NCBI GenBank assembly: GCA_028865035.1
Contig: JAGWLB010000004.1
Coordinates: 1,294 to 65,293, forward strand
DNA length: 64,000 bases
From: Patescibacteria group bacterium
GTDB taxonomy: Bacteria; Patescibacteriota; Minisyncoccia; Phycocordibacterales; UBA9973
Direction: 5' to 3'
Shown: positions 48,204-58,338 of the stretch, one piece after another
How positions within the stretch are numbered: position 1 is the first letter of the stretch
Layout: the number at the start of each line of letters is the position of its first letter
Program-made: the position numbers and the translations under genes
The notes under the pieces: model-generated
What the model saw: only the letters and a program-made list of their open reading frames with translations
The model's database searches: none
What the model was told of the DNA's origin: nothing

Positions 48204-49112
48204 ATGAAAACAAAACCCAAAATTATAGTAATTCTAGGCCAAACAAGCACCGGTAAGAGTGACTTTGCTGTCCAAATAGCCAAGGAAGTAAGTGGCGAGA
48301 TTATCTCTGCTGACTCTAGACAGGTTTATAAAGGAATGAACCTAGGGGCTGGTAAGATAACTAAAAAGGAAATGAAGGGCATCCCCCATCATTTACTTGA
48401 TGTGGCTAGTCCTTCAAAAATATTCACAGTAAGTGAGTTCAAAAAAATTGCTGATAAAAAAATAGAAGAAATAATAAAAAGAGGTAAAACTCCTGTCCTC
48501 TGTGGTGGTACAGGGTTTTATATAGATGCAGTCATTGATGATATAGCACTGCCAGAAGTTCCTCCAAATAAAAAACTGAGAGAGTCGCTTGAAAACAAAA
48601 CACCATTGCAGTTATTTGCTATGCTCCAAAAACTTGATCCAACTCGAGCTAAAAATATTGATACTCAGAACAAGGTACGATTAGTCCGTGCGATAGAGGT
48701 AGCTAAGGCTATTGGCAAGGTTCCACAAAATCCAAAGAAAATTGAAAGGAAATATGAAGTGATAAAAGTGGGCCTAACCCTACCAGATAAAATATTGAAG
48801 GGTAAAATAAAAACTAGACTGCTTAATAGAATTAATAAAGGAATGCTTAGAGAAATTTCAAATCTCCACAAGCAAAGACTTTCTTGGAAACGCATGGAAA
48901 TGCTCGGATTGGAATATAGATATGGAGCACTTTATCTTCAAAAGAAAATTAGCAAGGATGAAATGATTGAGCAGATTTGCAAACAAACATGGCAATATGC
49001 CAAGCGTCAGAGAACATGGTTCAAGCGAGATAAAGCTATACTCTGGGTAAATTCTCAAGAGATTCACGAGAAGGCTAAAGCTCTAAAAATGATAAAAGTT
49101 TTTTTGAAATAA
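48204..49112 (+). CDS. miaA: tRNA dimethylallyltransferase MiaA
   Basis: IIVILGQTSTGKSDFAV P-loop and ISADSRQVYKGMNLGAGKIT. Confidence 0.9.
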   Translation: MKTKPKIIVILGQTSTGKSDFAVQIAKEVSGEIISADSRQVYKGMNLGAGKITKKEMKGIPHHLLDVASPSKIFTVSEFKKIADKKIEEIIKRGKTPVLCGGTGFYIDAVIDDIALPEVPPNKKLRESLENKTPLQLFAMLQKLDPTRAKNIDTQNKVRLVRAIEVAKAIGKVPQNPKKIERKYEVIKVGLTLPDKILKGKIKTRLLNRINKGMLREISNLHKQRLSWKRMEMLGLEYRYGALYLQKKISKDEMIEQICKQTWQYAKRQRTWFKRDKAILWVNSQEIHEKAKALKMIKVFLK

Positions 49113-49202
49113 TTGAGCCATCTTTTGCTAATGAATTATAAATAGCAGTAGCAATTTGACTACGAAATATATTTCCTCGACAAATAAATATAACTTTTTT
49201 CA

Positions 49203-49276
49203 TGGCGGGCGATGGAGGAATCGAACCCCCACCAAAGGTTTTGGAGACCTTCGTTCTACCACTAAACTAATCGCCC
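49203..49276 (-). tRNA. tRNA-Trp (anticodon CCA)
   Basis: Reverse complement is GGGCGATTAGTTTAGTGGTAGAACGAAGGTCTCCAAAACCTTTGGTGGGGGTTCGATTCCTCCATCGCCCGCCA. Anticodon loop CTCCAAA. CCA is encoded. Confidence 0.85.
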
Positions 49277-49332
49277 TTGTAAAACAACAAAATCCGCAAC
49301 TTGCGGAGTTATTGTAACAAAATTAAGCTCTC

Positions 49333-49497
49333 TTAACCAGTAATCTTAGCTTCTTTGTGTTTTGTGTTTTTACCACATTTTTTGCAGAATTTCTTAAGCT
49401 CGATCTTTTTAGTGACGAGTTTTTTGTTCTTGCTTGTATAGTAATTAGCGCTTTTACAAACGCTACATTTCAATCTTAAAAGTCTATCTTGTGACAT
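49333..49497 (-). CDS. rpmG: 50S ribosomal protein L33 (below ORF-track cutoff)
   Basis: [54 protein letters not shown]. Zinc-ribbon CxxC...CxxC L33 pattern. The rpmG-tRNA-Trp order is typical. Confidence 0.8.
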   Translation of the reverse strand: MSQDRLLRLKCSVCKSANYYTSKNKKLVTKKIELKKFCKKCGKNTKHKEAKITG

Positions 49498-49552
49498 AGT
49501 GGGTAAAGAATACTATAAACTATACAAAAATGCAACTTTTATAAGGCTAGTT

Positions 49553-50686
49553 TTATTTAATAATTCTAGGTAATAGAGGGCTTATACGAGTAGTGACTTC
49601 GTAGTTTATAGTCTGTGTTTTAGACGCTATCTCTTCAGCAGATATTTCTTCTCCTTTCTGTGAACCAAGTATAACTACTTCGTCTTCAGTTTTTACACCC
49701 TTAATATGACTCACATCTACTACAAACATATTCATAGCAATACGTCCTATTATTTGTGCTTTTTTACCTTTAACTATAACTTCGCCATTGTTCGAAGACA
49801 ACCTACTAACACCATTTGAATACCCTTGGGGAATTATAGCTATAGTAGTTTTATTTTTTGTTTTGTAAGTTAGACCATAACCAATAAATTCTGAAGCTTC
49901 TACCTCTTTTATTTGTGCAATATGAGTGATATAACGCATCACCGGTGAAAGAGTAATTTTTTTTTGCCACATTTTTTGTAATTCTATGCTTGGCCACATA
50001 CCATACAACCCGACACCTACACGAACTATGTTATGTAATCCTCTCCACTTCTCATAAGCAAGTATTCCAGATGTAGCAGAAAGATGGGTTTTTATTTTTC
50101 TATACCCAGACCCTTTAAAAATATTAACTACATCTTCGTAAGTTTTGATTTGCAGATTTGCATGAGAGAAATCTGTAGTATCTTCTATATTTGCGAAGTG
50201 AGCATAAACACCATCAACATTTATATGCTGCATCTTTTTAATTTCTTGAATAAAAATACTGACTTGAGCTGGAATCAATCCTTCTCGCCCCAAATGAGCA
50301 TCAATAGCTATATGAACTTTCTGTTTTATATGCAAACGTTTAGCAGACTCGTTTATAAGTAGAGCATGTTCTAAATCAAAAACAGAAAGAATGCACCCGA
50401 GCTTTATAGCTTTAGGTATATCGTTTTTATCTACATAACCAAGCACGAGGATAGGTTTTTTCGTCAGTGGCCGTATTCTTACTAATTCTTCTATACTATT
50501 AATCTGAAAATAATCTACATATGGACTAAGAATTTTTACGACTTCAATATCAGAGTGGCCATAAGCATTGGCTTTGACCACTGCCGCGATCTTAGTTCCC
50601 TTTCTTACAATACGACGAAACTGCCCAATATTATGAATTAGATTTTTTTTAGAAAGTTCTACGTATGAAAGAGGAATATTTTTCAT
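49553..50686 (-). CDS. alr: alanine racemase (start trimmed to MKNIPLSY to avoid overlapping tRNA-Leu)
   Basis: PLP-binding AAVVKANAYGHS, and the C-terminal domain. Confidence 0.8.
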   Translation of the reverse strand: MKNIPLSYVELSKKNLIHNIGQFRRIVRKGTKIAAVVKANAYGHSDIEVVKILSPYVDYFQINSIEELVRIRPLTKKPILVLGYVDKNDIPKAIKLGCILSVFDLEHALLINESAKRLHIKQKVHIAIDAHLGREGLIPAQVSIFIQEIKKMQHINVDGVYAHFANIEDTTDFSHANLQIKTYEDVVNIFKGSGYRKIKTHLSATSGILAYEKWRGLHNIVRVGVGLYGMWPSIELQKMWQKKITLSPVMRYITHIAQIKEVEASEFIGYGLTYKTKNKTTIAIIPQGYSNGVSRLSSNNGEVIVKGKKAQIIGRIAMNMFVVDVSHIKGVKTEDEVVILGSQKGEEISAEEIASKTQTINYEVTTRISPLLPRIIK

Positions 50687-50688
50687 TG

Positions 50689-50770
50689 TGCCGGAGGAGA
50701 GACTTGAACTCTCATCCCTTGCGAGACGCGATTTTGAGTCGCGCGCGTATACCAATTCCGCCACTCCGGC
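50689..50770 (-). tRNA. tRNA-Leu (anticodon CAA), long variable arm
   Basis: Reverse complement is GCCGGAGTGGCGGAATTGGTATACGCGCGCGACTCAAAATCGCGTCTCGCAAGGGATGAGAGTTCAAGTCTCTCCTCCGGCA. Confidence 0.85.
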
Positions 50771-50812
50771 AACTAAAAGAAATATACTTCGTATTTCTTT
50801 AAAACCTAGCTA

Positions 50813-50881
50813 CCGGAGTGGCGGTCCTCACCGCGCATGCGCTGGTAAAAAATAAAGCAGTTTATTTTTTACCCACTCCGG
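50813..50881. repeat. inverted pair of tRNA-Leu 5'-end fragments (ccggagtggcgg at 50813-50824, ccactccggc at 50871-50880) enclosing GC-rich palindromes
   Basis: Read directly. Both match the GCCGGAGTGGCGG 5' segment of the adjacent tRNA-Leu. Confidence 0.55.
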
Positions 50882-50929
50882 CCTTTTGCTTATTACGGCA
50901 ATACAAGAAATATACATTAATATAAGAAT

Positions 50930-51952
50930 TTAGACAAATTCTGGTTCGGTTTCTAACCTAATACCAAAGGTATTATAAACCTTTTCTATTATCTCATTTT
51001 TGACTTTTTCTACATCAGCAAAAGAAGCTTTGCCATTATTTACCAAAACTAAGGCGTTATTTTTATATACAGAAATCGAACCAAAGTTTTGCCCCTTCAA
51101 TCCACTATTTTCAATAAGCCAGCCTGCTGGTATTTTTGTGAATTCATTATCTACGGGATACACCACTAGGCTGGAATTATCTCTCTTTAAATTGTCAGCC
51201 AACTCTTTTTTCACGATTGGGTTTTTGAAAAATGAACCAACATTTGGAATTTCTTTAGGATTTGGCAATTTATTTTTCCTAATTTCGATTATGGCATTGC
51301 GTACTTCAGCTAAAGTTGGATTATTGATATTGTTATCAATAAAGTATTTCTTTACTCCAGGGTAGTTTGGGGTCGAGTACTTTCTTTTTAATAATCTTAG
51401 ATAAATAGCAGTAATAACATATTTACCACGTGCACTTTCCTTGAAGATACTACTTCTATAACTAAAATTACATTCCTCGTTTGAAATTGATTTAAATATT
51501 CCTTCTTTAATATCAAAAACATCTACAGACACCAGAGTATCTTTAATCTCCTGTCCGTAAGCACCAACATTTTGTACTGGTGTTGCCCCTGCACTACCAG
51601 GAATCGCTGAAAGCGCTTCGATACCAGATAAACCCATATCTACTGTACGTGCAACCACAAAATCCCAATTTTCTCCTGCCCCTATTTTTATATCAGTAAA
51701 CTTTTCTGTATCATCTACTATATCAAAGCCAAGGAACTCTATTCGTAAGGCTACTATATCCAACACACCATCCGAGAAAACCATATTCGATCCTCCTCCT
51801 AAAATACGGATTGGTAGATTTTTTTCTTTTGCGAATTTATATACTTCAACTAGCTGTCCAATATCACTAAGTTCAATAAAATATCGAAACTTCCCACCCA
51901 CCTTGAAGGTTGTAAAGTCTGAGATGTCCACATATTCTTGTATTTTGAGCAT
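50930..51952 (-). CDS. murB: UDP-N-acetylenolpyruvoylglucosamine reductase MurB
   Basis: FAD-binding N-terminus FTTFKVGG...ILGGGSNMVF and the MurB C-terminal domain. Confidence 0.85.
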   Translation of the reverse strand: MLKIQEYVDISDFTTFKVGGKFRYFIELSDIGQLVEVYKFAKEKNLPIRILGGGSNMVFSDGVLDIVALRIEFLGFDIVDDTEKFTDIKIGAGENWDFVVARTVDMGLSGIEALSAIPGSAGATPVQNVGAYGQEIKDTLVSVDVFDIKEGIFKSISNEECNFSYRSSIFKESARGKYVITAIYLRLLKRKYSTPNYPGVKKYFIDNNINNPTLAEVRNAIIEIRKNKLPNPKEIPNVGSFFKNPIVKKELADNLKRDNSSLVVYPVDNEFTKIPAGWLIENSGLKGQNFGSISVYKNNALVLVNNGKASFADVEKVKNEIIEKVYNTFGIRLETEPEFV

Positions 51953-51990
51953 ATTGCTATTATATCATATATGATATATACTACACAAAT

Positions 51991-53499
51991 ATGAAACAAA
52001 GCGATCAACAAAAGATAGGTTTCTTTATTAAAAATTTAAGAGAACAACGAGGTTTAACGCAAGGAGCATTTGCAAAATTACTTAATACTTCACAAAGTGC
52101 AGTGGCTCGGATGGAAAAAGGTCAACAAAACTTTAGCACTGAGTTACTTTCTAAAATAAGCACAGTTCTTGAACACAAAATAGTGTCTATTAATAATTCT
52201 ATAGACTTTGAGATTGTTGGTGGTAAAAAGTTGCACGGTGCCATATCTACTGGCTATTCAAAAAATGGATCAGTGGGACTCTTGTGTGCTTCACTATTAA
52301 ACAGAGGAGTAACGATATTACACGGGATAGCAAGAATAGAAGAAGTGTACAGAGTTATAGAAATACTAGAGAGTATTGGTGTCCAAGTTAAATGGATTGA
52401 CCAAAATTCTATAGAGATAACACCACCAAAAATATTTAATCTCAAGAAGTTAAATGTAGCATCTGCAATTAGAACTCGCTCTATTATAATGCTAATAGGT
52501 CCGCTAATACACATTTTGCCTTCTTTCTCTATCCCCCATGCTTCTGGTTGCAAGCTCGGTAAACGCACAATCTCTGCACATACATACGCCCTAGAGGAAG
52601 TAGGTGTAAAAATAAAGACATTGGCAAGTAGTTATGAGGTAAAAGTTAGTAAGTTGAAGCCGGCAAATATTGTCATGTATGAGACTGGTGATACTGCCTG
52701 TGAAAATATCATAATGGCTGCATCTAAAATAAAAGGTAAAACCACGATAGAGTGTGCGAGTGGCAACTATATGGTTCAAGAAATGTGCTTCTTTTTAGAA
52801 AAGCTTGGTGTAAAAGTAGAAGGTATAGGCACAGGCACAATAACCATCCACGGTGTCAGTGAGATTGATCAAAGAGTAGAATATACAAATAGTGAGGACC
52901 CTATAGAATCAATGATGTTCATTTCAGCTGCCATTGCGACTGACTCAGAACTTACCATAAATCGTTGCCCTATAGATTTCTTGACTCTCGAATTATACAA
53001 ACTTAAAAAAATGGGACTAAAATATAAAATCCTAAAAAGATATTTCTCTAAAAATGGAAAAACTAAACTTGTCGATATAAAAATAATGCCAAGTACTCTA
53101 AAGGCTCCCGAAGATAAGATTCATGCTAATCCTTACCCTGGAATAAACATAGACAATCTCCCATTTTTCGTACCTATTGCCATACGTGCTAAGGGTACTA
53201 CTATTATTCACGATTGGTTCTACGAGAATCGCGCTATCTACGCAACTGAGTTAAATAGATTAGAGGCAAATGTCACTCTAGCTGACACTCACCGTATATA
53301 CATAACAGGCGGAACGCCACTCACAGGAGCCCAGATAGTCTGCCCACCAGCATTACGGCCATCTATGGTCATACTTATATCTATGCTTGCTTCCTCTGGC
53401 AAATCTATACTAAGAAATGTTTATATGATAAGTAGAGGTTACGAAGATGTAGCAAAACGCTTGAACTCTATAGGTGCAGATATTACAATACTGAAGTAA
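51991..53499 (+). CDS. murA: XRE-type HTH domain fused to UDP-N-acetylglucosamine 1-carboxyvinyltransferase (MurA)
   Basis: Residues ~1-70 form an HTH_XRE (LREQRGLTQGAFAKLLNTSQSAVARMEKGQ). The rest is MurA (EIVGGKKLHGAISTGYSKNGSVGLLCASLL..., Cys in ASGCKLGKRT). No internal Met lies near the MurA domain start. Confidence 0.7.
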   Translation: MKQSDQQKIGFFIKNLREQRGLTQGAFAKLLNTSQSAVARMEKGQQNFSTELLSKISTVLEHKIVSINNSIDFEIVGGKKLHGAISTGYSKNGSVGLLCASLLNRGVTILHGIARIEEVYRVIEILESIGVQVKWIDQNSIEITPPKIFNLKKLNVASAIRTRSIIMLIGPLIHILPSFSIPHASGCKLGKRTISAHTYALEEVGVKIKTLASSYEVKVSKLKPANIVMYETGDTACENIIMAASKIKGKTTIECASGNYMVQEMCFFLEKLGVKVEGIGTGTITIHGVSEIDQRVEYTNSEDPIESMMFISAAIATDSELTINRCPIDFLTLELYKLKKMGLKYKILKRYFSKNGKTKLVDIKIMPSTLKAPEDKIHANPYPGINIDNLPFFVPIAIRAKGTTIIHDWFYENRAIYATELNRLEANVTLADTHRIYITGGTPLTGAQIVCPPALRPSMVILISMLASSGKSILRNVYMISRGYEDVAKRLNSIGADITILK

Positions 53500-54077
53500 T
53501 GACAAAACGTGAACAGCTTGATGAGCTCAATAAATACTGGCAAGAGAATTGCGAGTGTGGTTTAAAAGTAACTGCAACACAAGCTGTTTTTGGTGATGGA
53601 AATGCAAATAGCGATATAGTATTTATCGGTGAAGCTCCAGGGAAAAATGAAGACTTACAAGGCAAACCCTTCATTGGAGCCGGAGGAAAATTCTTAGCAG
53701 AAATGCTCGAGAGTATAAAAATAAAAAGAGAAGATGTATATATTACAAACATTGTAAAATACCGTCCACCAAATAATCGTGATCCCCTGCCAGAAGAAAA
53801 AGAGGAATGTAATGAATGGCTTATGAATGAGCTACGAATTATATCACCAAAATTAATTGTCTTTTTAGGTCGCCACCCCATGGGACGGTTCTTCCCTACT
53901 GAAAAAATATCAGATATTCATGGCAAGCTTCTTATTAAGAAAATTCCAGAATTAGGAGAAAAACAAGCATTTCTAGCACTCTATCACCCTGCTGCTGCAC
54001 TCTATAACGGAGGACTACGTGAGACACTTATAAAAGATTTCAAAAAAATTCCTAAAGCGTTAGAAAAAATTTTATAA
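53499..54077 (+). CDS. uracil-DNA glycosylase, family 4
   Basis: GEAPGKNEDLQGKPFIGAGGKFL and YITNIVKYRPP, plus Cys ligands for an Fe-S cluster. Confidence 0.8.
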   Translation: MTKREQLDELNKYWQENCECGLKVTATQAVFGDGNANSDIVFIGEAPGKNEDLQGKPFIGAGGKFLAEMLESIKIKREDVYITNIVKYRPPNNRDPLPEEKEECNEWLMNELRIISPKLIVFLGRHPMGRFFPTEKISDIHGKLLIKKIPELGEKQAFLALYHPAAALYNGGLRETLIKDFKKIPKALEKIL

Positions 54078-54090
54078 TTCCTTGTGAAAA

Positions 54091-55518
54091 TTATTCTATG
54101 ATTTTCATATCTTCAGCCTTAATGTCTAAATCGTCATTAAGAGGACGATTTTTCTTCTGTAAAAGCAATACGACAACAGAAGAAGTAACAATAACTCCTA
54201 AAAATCCTGCCCATGCAAGCATTGTGTTTGACATACCATTTGTGGAAGGTATCGTACTTGCACTTGCTTCTAAGTTATCAAGATTTATAACTTCTGGAAT
54301 GTTTGCTTTCGTATTACTGACCGATTTCACAACAATATCTGATTTCGGTGTATAATTTACAATATTTGGTGCTACCGTTGGCAATGGGTAATTAGCAAAA
54401 ACTTCTCCCGTAGGACTATACAAACTCACAGAATTTATATCTTGGTCATTAAATAAAGTAACCTTGGGTGAGAACTTTAATTTCTTATTTGGTAATAAGA
54501 TAGTACCTGTCGGTATATAAAATTTATTCACAGCACCTTGGATGTACCATTTAGATAAATCTAACTCTATAGATGATTTATTTTCAATTTCAACATACGG
54601 ATCAATAGCACTTCCGACAGAACTAATAGAAACTCCACTAGGTATAACTTTTATTATAAGTCTATCAGTAGCATCGGGTGTAATATTAAAATAATTCTGG
54701 TAGTAGGATAATGTTAGAACATATTCACCTGGATATGAGTAAGTATAATCAAATGGTTTTAGTTCTTTTTCTTCTTTTGTACTACCATCGCCAAAGTTCC
54801 ATATGAATTTGCCGTATTTAAGTAACTCTTTATTGTAACCTGTAACAACTGCATTAACCGGAAATGAAACGCCTGAAGAAATAATATTTTTGACTATAAT
54901 GTTTGCAATAATTCTAGGAGCCTCAATTTCTTTCGGTTTTGCATAAGATGTTATAGTCGAATTGACTACTGTAGTACTGCTTCCACCGCTAATGGTTCCA
55001 CCTCCACTTGAGGTGACAATTACATTTTCTAAACCTGGAGTAGGAGTAGCATCAACCCAGGAACCGCCAATATTTTGCAAAGAGTTTCCATTACCTGCAC
55101 CACCCATACTTGAAGTAAAATTTACAGAGCTCACAATATTTAAATCTGGGTCTTTAAGTGCGATAGTCTCACTCTCATTATTAAACCCTGTCCAGCTACT
55201 GTCGAACAACATACCACTAAAGTTTGGCCAGTCTACTTTAAATTTTGTTGGGTTTTGAGCGATCACAGCATAACCACCAGCTTGAACCATCGACTCACCT
55301 TCTGGGGTTAATGAATGCTTTGTATTGTCTGAGAATAAATACCATTTAGATAGATCGTCTTCAGTGGAACCGGTATTCTTTACTTCTACCCACTCACGAT
55401 TAGTATCGGTACCGTCTAAGTCGTACATTATCTCTGTTATCTCGAAACCGGCAAAAGCAAGAGGCACTCTGGTAAATAATATCAGCGCTACGACAATACA
55501 ATATTTAGTGTATTTCAT
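54091..55518 (-). CDS. secreted lamin-tail-domain (LTD) protein with a C-terminal TM anchor
   Basis: Signal peptide. Two LTD-like segments (EITEIMYDLDGTDTNREWVEVKNTG and VEIENKSSIELDLSKWYIQGAV). C-terminal hydrophobic helix. Confidence 0.55.
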   Translation of the reverse strand: MKYTKYCIVVALILFTRVPLAFAGFEITEIMYDLDGTDTNREWVEVKNTGSTEDDLSKWYLFSDNTKHSLTPEGESMVQAGGYAVIAQNPTKFKVDWPNFSGMLFDSSWTGFNNESETIALKDPDLNIVSSVNFTSSMGGAGNGNSLQNIGGSWVDATPTPGLENVIVTSSGGGTISGGSSTTVVNSTITSYAKPKEIEAPRIIANIIVKNIISSGVSFPVNAVVTGYNKELLKYGKFIWNFGDGSTKEEKELKPFDYTYSYPGEYVLTLSYYQNYFNITPDATDRLIIKVIPSGVSISSVGSAIDPYVEIENKSSIELDLSKWYIQGAVNKFYIPTGTILLPNKKLKFSPKVTLFNDQDINSVSLYSPTGEVFANYPLPTVAPNIVNYTPKSDIVVKSVSNTKANIPEVINLDNLEASASTIPSTNGMSNTMLAWAGFLGVIVTSSVVVLLLQKKNRPLNDDLDIKAEDMKIIE

Positions 55519-55528
55519 ATTTTTTAAA

Positions 55529-57691
55529 TTATTCTAATACTTTACGTAATACTTCCTCAGGGACTTCTTTACCAACTTTACGTTTTTGCCAGGTACTAGT
55601 TTTAGAATCATCTGTTTTTTGATTCTCTGGAGTTTGCACTGTAGCAATTGGTGTATCTTCTGGTTTAGGTATATCTTTATTAACTTTATCGTCTAGTATA
55701 TCCTTTGTATCTGACATAGTTGCTTTCATTAATACATCTTTTAAAGTTGCTTTTTTCTCTTCGGAAGCCTCTTTGAGTGGTATTTGATGATTTTTGTGAT
55801 CATTGTTGTTTACTTTCTTTAAAGCAGAAAGTGATATAGATGGTGGTGTAACCTTAACTTCAATCGGTTCACTTTTATGTATTGTGGTTTTATTATTAAT
55901 TTCTTTATTTTCTGCTTCAATTTTCTGGAGCAAACCTTTTAATAAAGGAGAGGGAGCGGAATGCCTATGTTCACCTGTAGTGTGTCCATTATGATGAGTG
56001 TTATGATTGGCGTGATTGTTGTGGTTGCTAGCGTGGTTGATATTATTATTACTAAAATGAGGTTTATTATTATTCTTATTGTTGGAATCTGTAATGCTTC
56101 TTTGAGAAGATTTTTGTTGCCCAAAATCAACTGGGTTATTTGTATTATTACTTGCAAACTCTATACCAAGGGCGGCTAATGGTTCGGTAGATACTTTTTC
56201 TTCCTGACGTGCAGAACGTGAAGCCACAAATCCATGTTGCGGTTTAAGTTCACCACTTTTTATTTTAAACATACAATCTTTACAGTAAACTGGCCTACCC
56301 TCCTTGGGTTCAAAAGGTACCATAGTTACTTTGCCACAATTCGAGCAATCTGCTTTATATTTAGTGTCTCCTTCACCTACCTGAAGCATACCACTCCACT
56401 TAGCAATTTCATCTTCAACTTCTTCGCGGGGGCGAGTATAAAGTTTGCGAGATGATTCTATAATCTTTTCTTTGACTCCCAAAGATTGGTCTACTGCAAT
56501 AGGAGGTAATGTTGTAGCTGAGAATGGCCGACTAGTCACTCCGTCTATCATAAGCTTTAGATATACATGATAGTTTGGTAAGTTTACTAAATCTTGAGCT
56601 GTAAATTCTGGTTCGAATTCCTTTTCTATAAACTCAGCATCATCAGCACCGACACGAAATATTGTCATTGTACCCACGTTACCAAAAACCGCATCACGAA
56701 CTGCTGTTCCATTTTCATTCGAAAGCTGAGCAGTATATTGGTGAGCGATAATAAGATTTAATCTATACTTACGCGCTTCAGACAGAATGTTTGCGAATGA
56801 GTCAGTAGCAAAATTTTGGAATTCGTCAACATACAGATAAAAATCTTTACGCTCATTCTCTGGTATACGCACACGTTCCATTGCTGCGAGTTGGATTTTG
56901 GTAATAATCATACCTCCAAGTAATGCTGAATTATCTTCACCGACACGACCTTTGGAGACATTCACCAAAAATATCTTTCCTTCATTCATAATTTTGAAGA
57001 TATCGATAGTGGACTTGGATTGACCGACAACATTACGAATAATAGAAGTAGAAAGGAATTGACCAACTTTGTTCTGGATCGGAGCTATGGCTTCATTTCT
57101 AAATTGCTCTCTCCACTGTTCGTATTCGTGCACCCAGAAAGCTTTAACTACAGGGTCTTTCAAATTACCTATTATCATCTGACGATAATCTTTATCCACC
57201 AAAAGACGTGGAATACCCAAAAGAGTAGTACCTGGAGTATCTAGCAAAGCAAGGATGGCATTGTTGAGAATGTACTCCATACGAGAACTCCAAGCATTCG
57301 CCCAAATCTTAGTAAAGATGCCCATCAAACCTGAAGCAACTAAGTGTTTATATTTTGTATCATCAAGTGCGATAACATTAAAACCAATATGATAATCAGT
57401 ATCAGCTGGATTAAAATAAATAACATCTTTCACTCGATGAGGAGGAATAAGATTAAGAATTTCTTCTACTAGTTCACCGTGAGGATCCACAACGCAAACA
57501 CCCTCACCATTGTTTATATCTTGAACAATTAGATTGGAAAGTAGTACAGACTTACCAGTACCAGACTTACCTAGTATGTACATATGCTGACGACGATCCT
57601 TGCGCTTAATGCCAAAGATATCATCAGTACTACGAAAATTCGTCCTACCGAAATAAGTTATGTCTCTATTGTGTGGAATTTCGTCGTTCAT
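55529..57691 (-). CDS. FtsK/HerA-superfamily P-loop ATPase, TraG/VirD4 (T4CP)-like with no TM segments, C-terminal zinc ribbon and His/Asn-rich tail
   Basis: HMYILGKSGTGKS Walker A, VVDPHGEL, FYLYVDEFQNF Walker B, NLIIAHQYTAQL...GNVGTMTIFRVGADD matching the T4CP Q..QL / NC..I.F pattern. CSNCG...CKDC zinc ribbon and HNNHANHNTHHNGH tail. Confidence 0.55.
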   Translation of the reverse strand: MNDEIPHNRDITYFGRTNFRSTDDIFGIKRKDRRQHMYILGKSGTGKSVLLSNLIVQDINNGEGVCVVDPHGELVEEILNLIPPHRVKDVIYFNPADTDYHIGFNVIALDDTKYKHLVASGLMGIFTKIWANAWSSRMEYILNNAILALLDTPGTTLLGIPRLLVDKDYRQMIIGNLKDPVVKAFWVHEYEQWREQFRNEAIAPIQNKVGQFLSTSIIRNVVGQSKSTIDIFKIMNEGKIFLVNVSKGRVGEDNSALLGGMIITKIQLAAMERVRIPENERKDFYLYVDEFQNFATDSFANILSEARKYRLNLIIAHQYTAQLSNENGTAVRDAVFGNVGTMTIFRVGADDAEFIEKEFEPEFTAQDLVNLPNYHVYLKLMIDGVTSRPFSATTLPPIAVDQSLGVKEKIIESSRKLYTRPREEVEDEIAKWSGMLQVGEGDTKYKADCSNCGKVTMVPFEPKEGRPVYCKDCMFKIKSGELKPQHGFVASRSARQEEKVSTEPLAALGIEFASNNTNNPVDFGQQKSSQRSITDSNNKNNNKPHFSNNNINHASNHNNHANHNTHHNGHTTGEHRHSAPSPLLKGLLQKIEAENKEINNKTTIHKSEPIEVKVTPPSISLSALKKVNNNDHKNHQIPLKEASEEKKATLKDVLMKATMSDTKDILDDKVNKDIPKPEDTPIATVQTPENQKTDDSKTSTWQKRKVGKEVPEEVLRKVLE

Positions 57692-57744
57692 GTATTAGCT
57701 TTATTATACAAAATATATACTACAAATGCTATAATCTGTGAGTT

Positions 57745-58335
57745 ATGATTCCTGAATATTTTGCATACCTTACAATAATTCTTGGCCTTATTGGTGTATT
57801 TTTTTATATTAAAGATACTTTTCTTGGTAATACAAAACCTAACAGAGTTTCTTGGATATTTTGGACAATTGCACCATTCGTAGGAGTATACGTCGCTTAT
57901 AAATCTGGAGTTGCTTTACCATTACTTATATCGACTTTTATGGCAGGGTTCGGACCGCTTCTTGTTGTTATTGCTTCATTCTTTAATAAAAATTCCTACT
58001 GGAGAACAACAGTCTTTGATATCGTATGCGGATTGCTATCATTTTTTGCAATAATTATTTGGATAACGACCAAAAATGGAATAATTGCACTTTCTTTTGC
58101 AATACTTGCAGATTTGTTTGCTGGATTACCTACAATAATTAAATCGTGGATACATAGCGAAACAGAAAGTATTGGACCATATTTCTATGGTGTTATTAAT
58201 CAGATTATTACATTTTTAATTATTAAGAATTTTACTTTCCTAAACTTCTCTTTCCCACTTTATCTAGTAATAGCAAATGTATTAATAATTATAGGAATAA
58301 AAAGAAAGTCATTTTTTAAAAAACAATTATCTTAA
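57745..58335 (+). CDS. hypothetical polytopic membrane protein (about 6 TM)
   Basis: Hydrophobicity pattern. Confidence 0.5.
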   Translation: MIPEYFAYLTIILGLIGVFFYIKDTFLGNTKPNRVSWIFWTIAPFVGVYVAYKSGVALPLLISTFMAGFGPLLVVIASFFNKNSYWRTTVFDIVCGLLSFFAIIIWITTKNGIIALSFAILADLFAGLPTIIKSWIHSETESIGPYFYGVINQIITFLIIKNFTFLNFSFPLYLVIANVLIIIGIKRKSFFKKQLS

Positions 58336-58338
58336 TTT

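Noticed and set aside
50687-50764. N-terminal 26-codon extension of the alr ORF (MAELVYARDSKSRLARDESSSLSSGT)
   Set aside because: Overlaps tRNA-Leu (50689-50770) on the same strand. The in-frame Met at 50686 gives a normal alanine racemase N-terminus.
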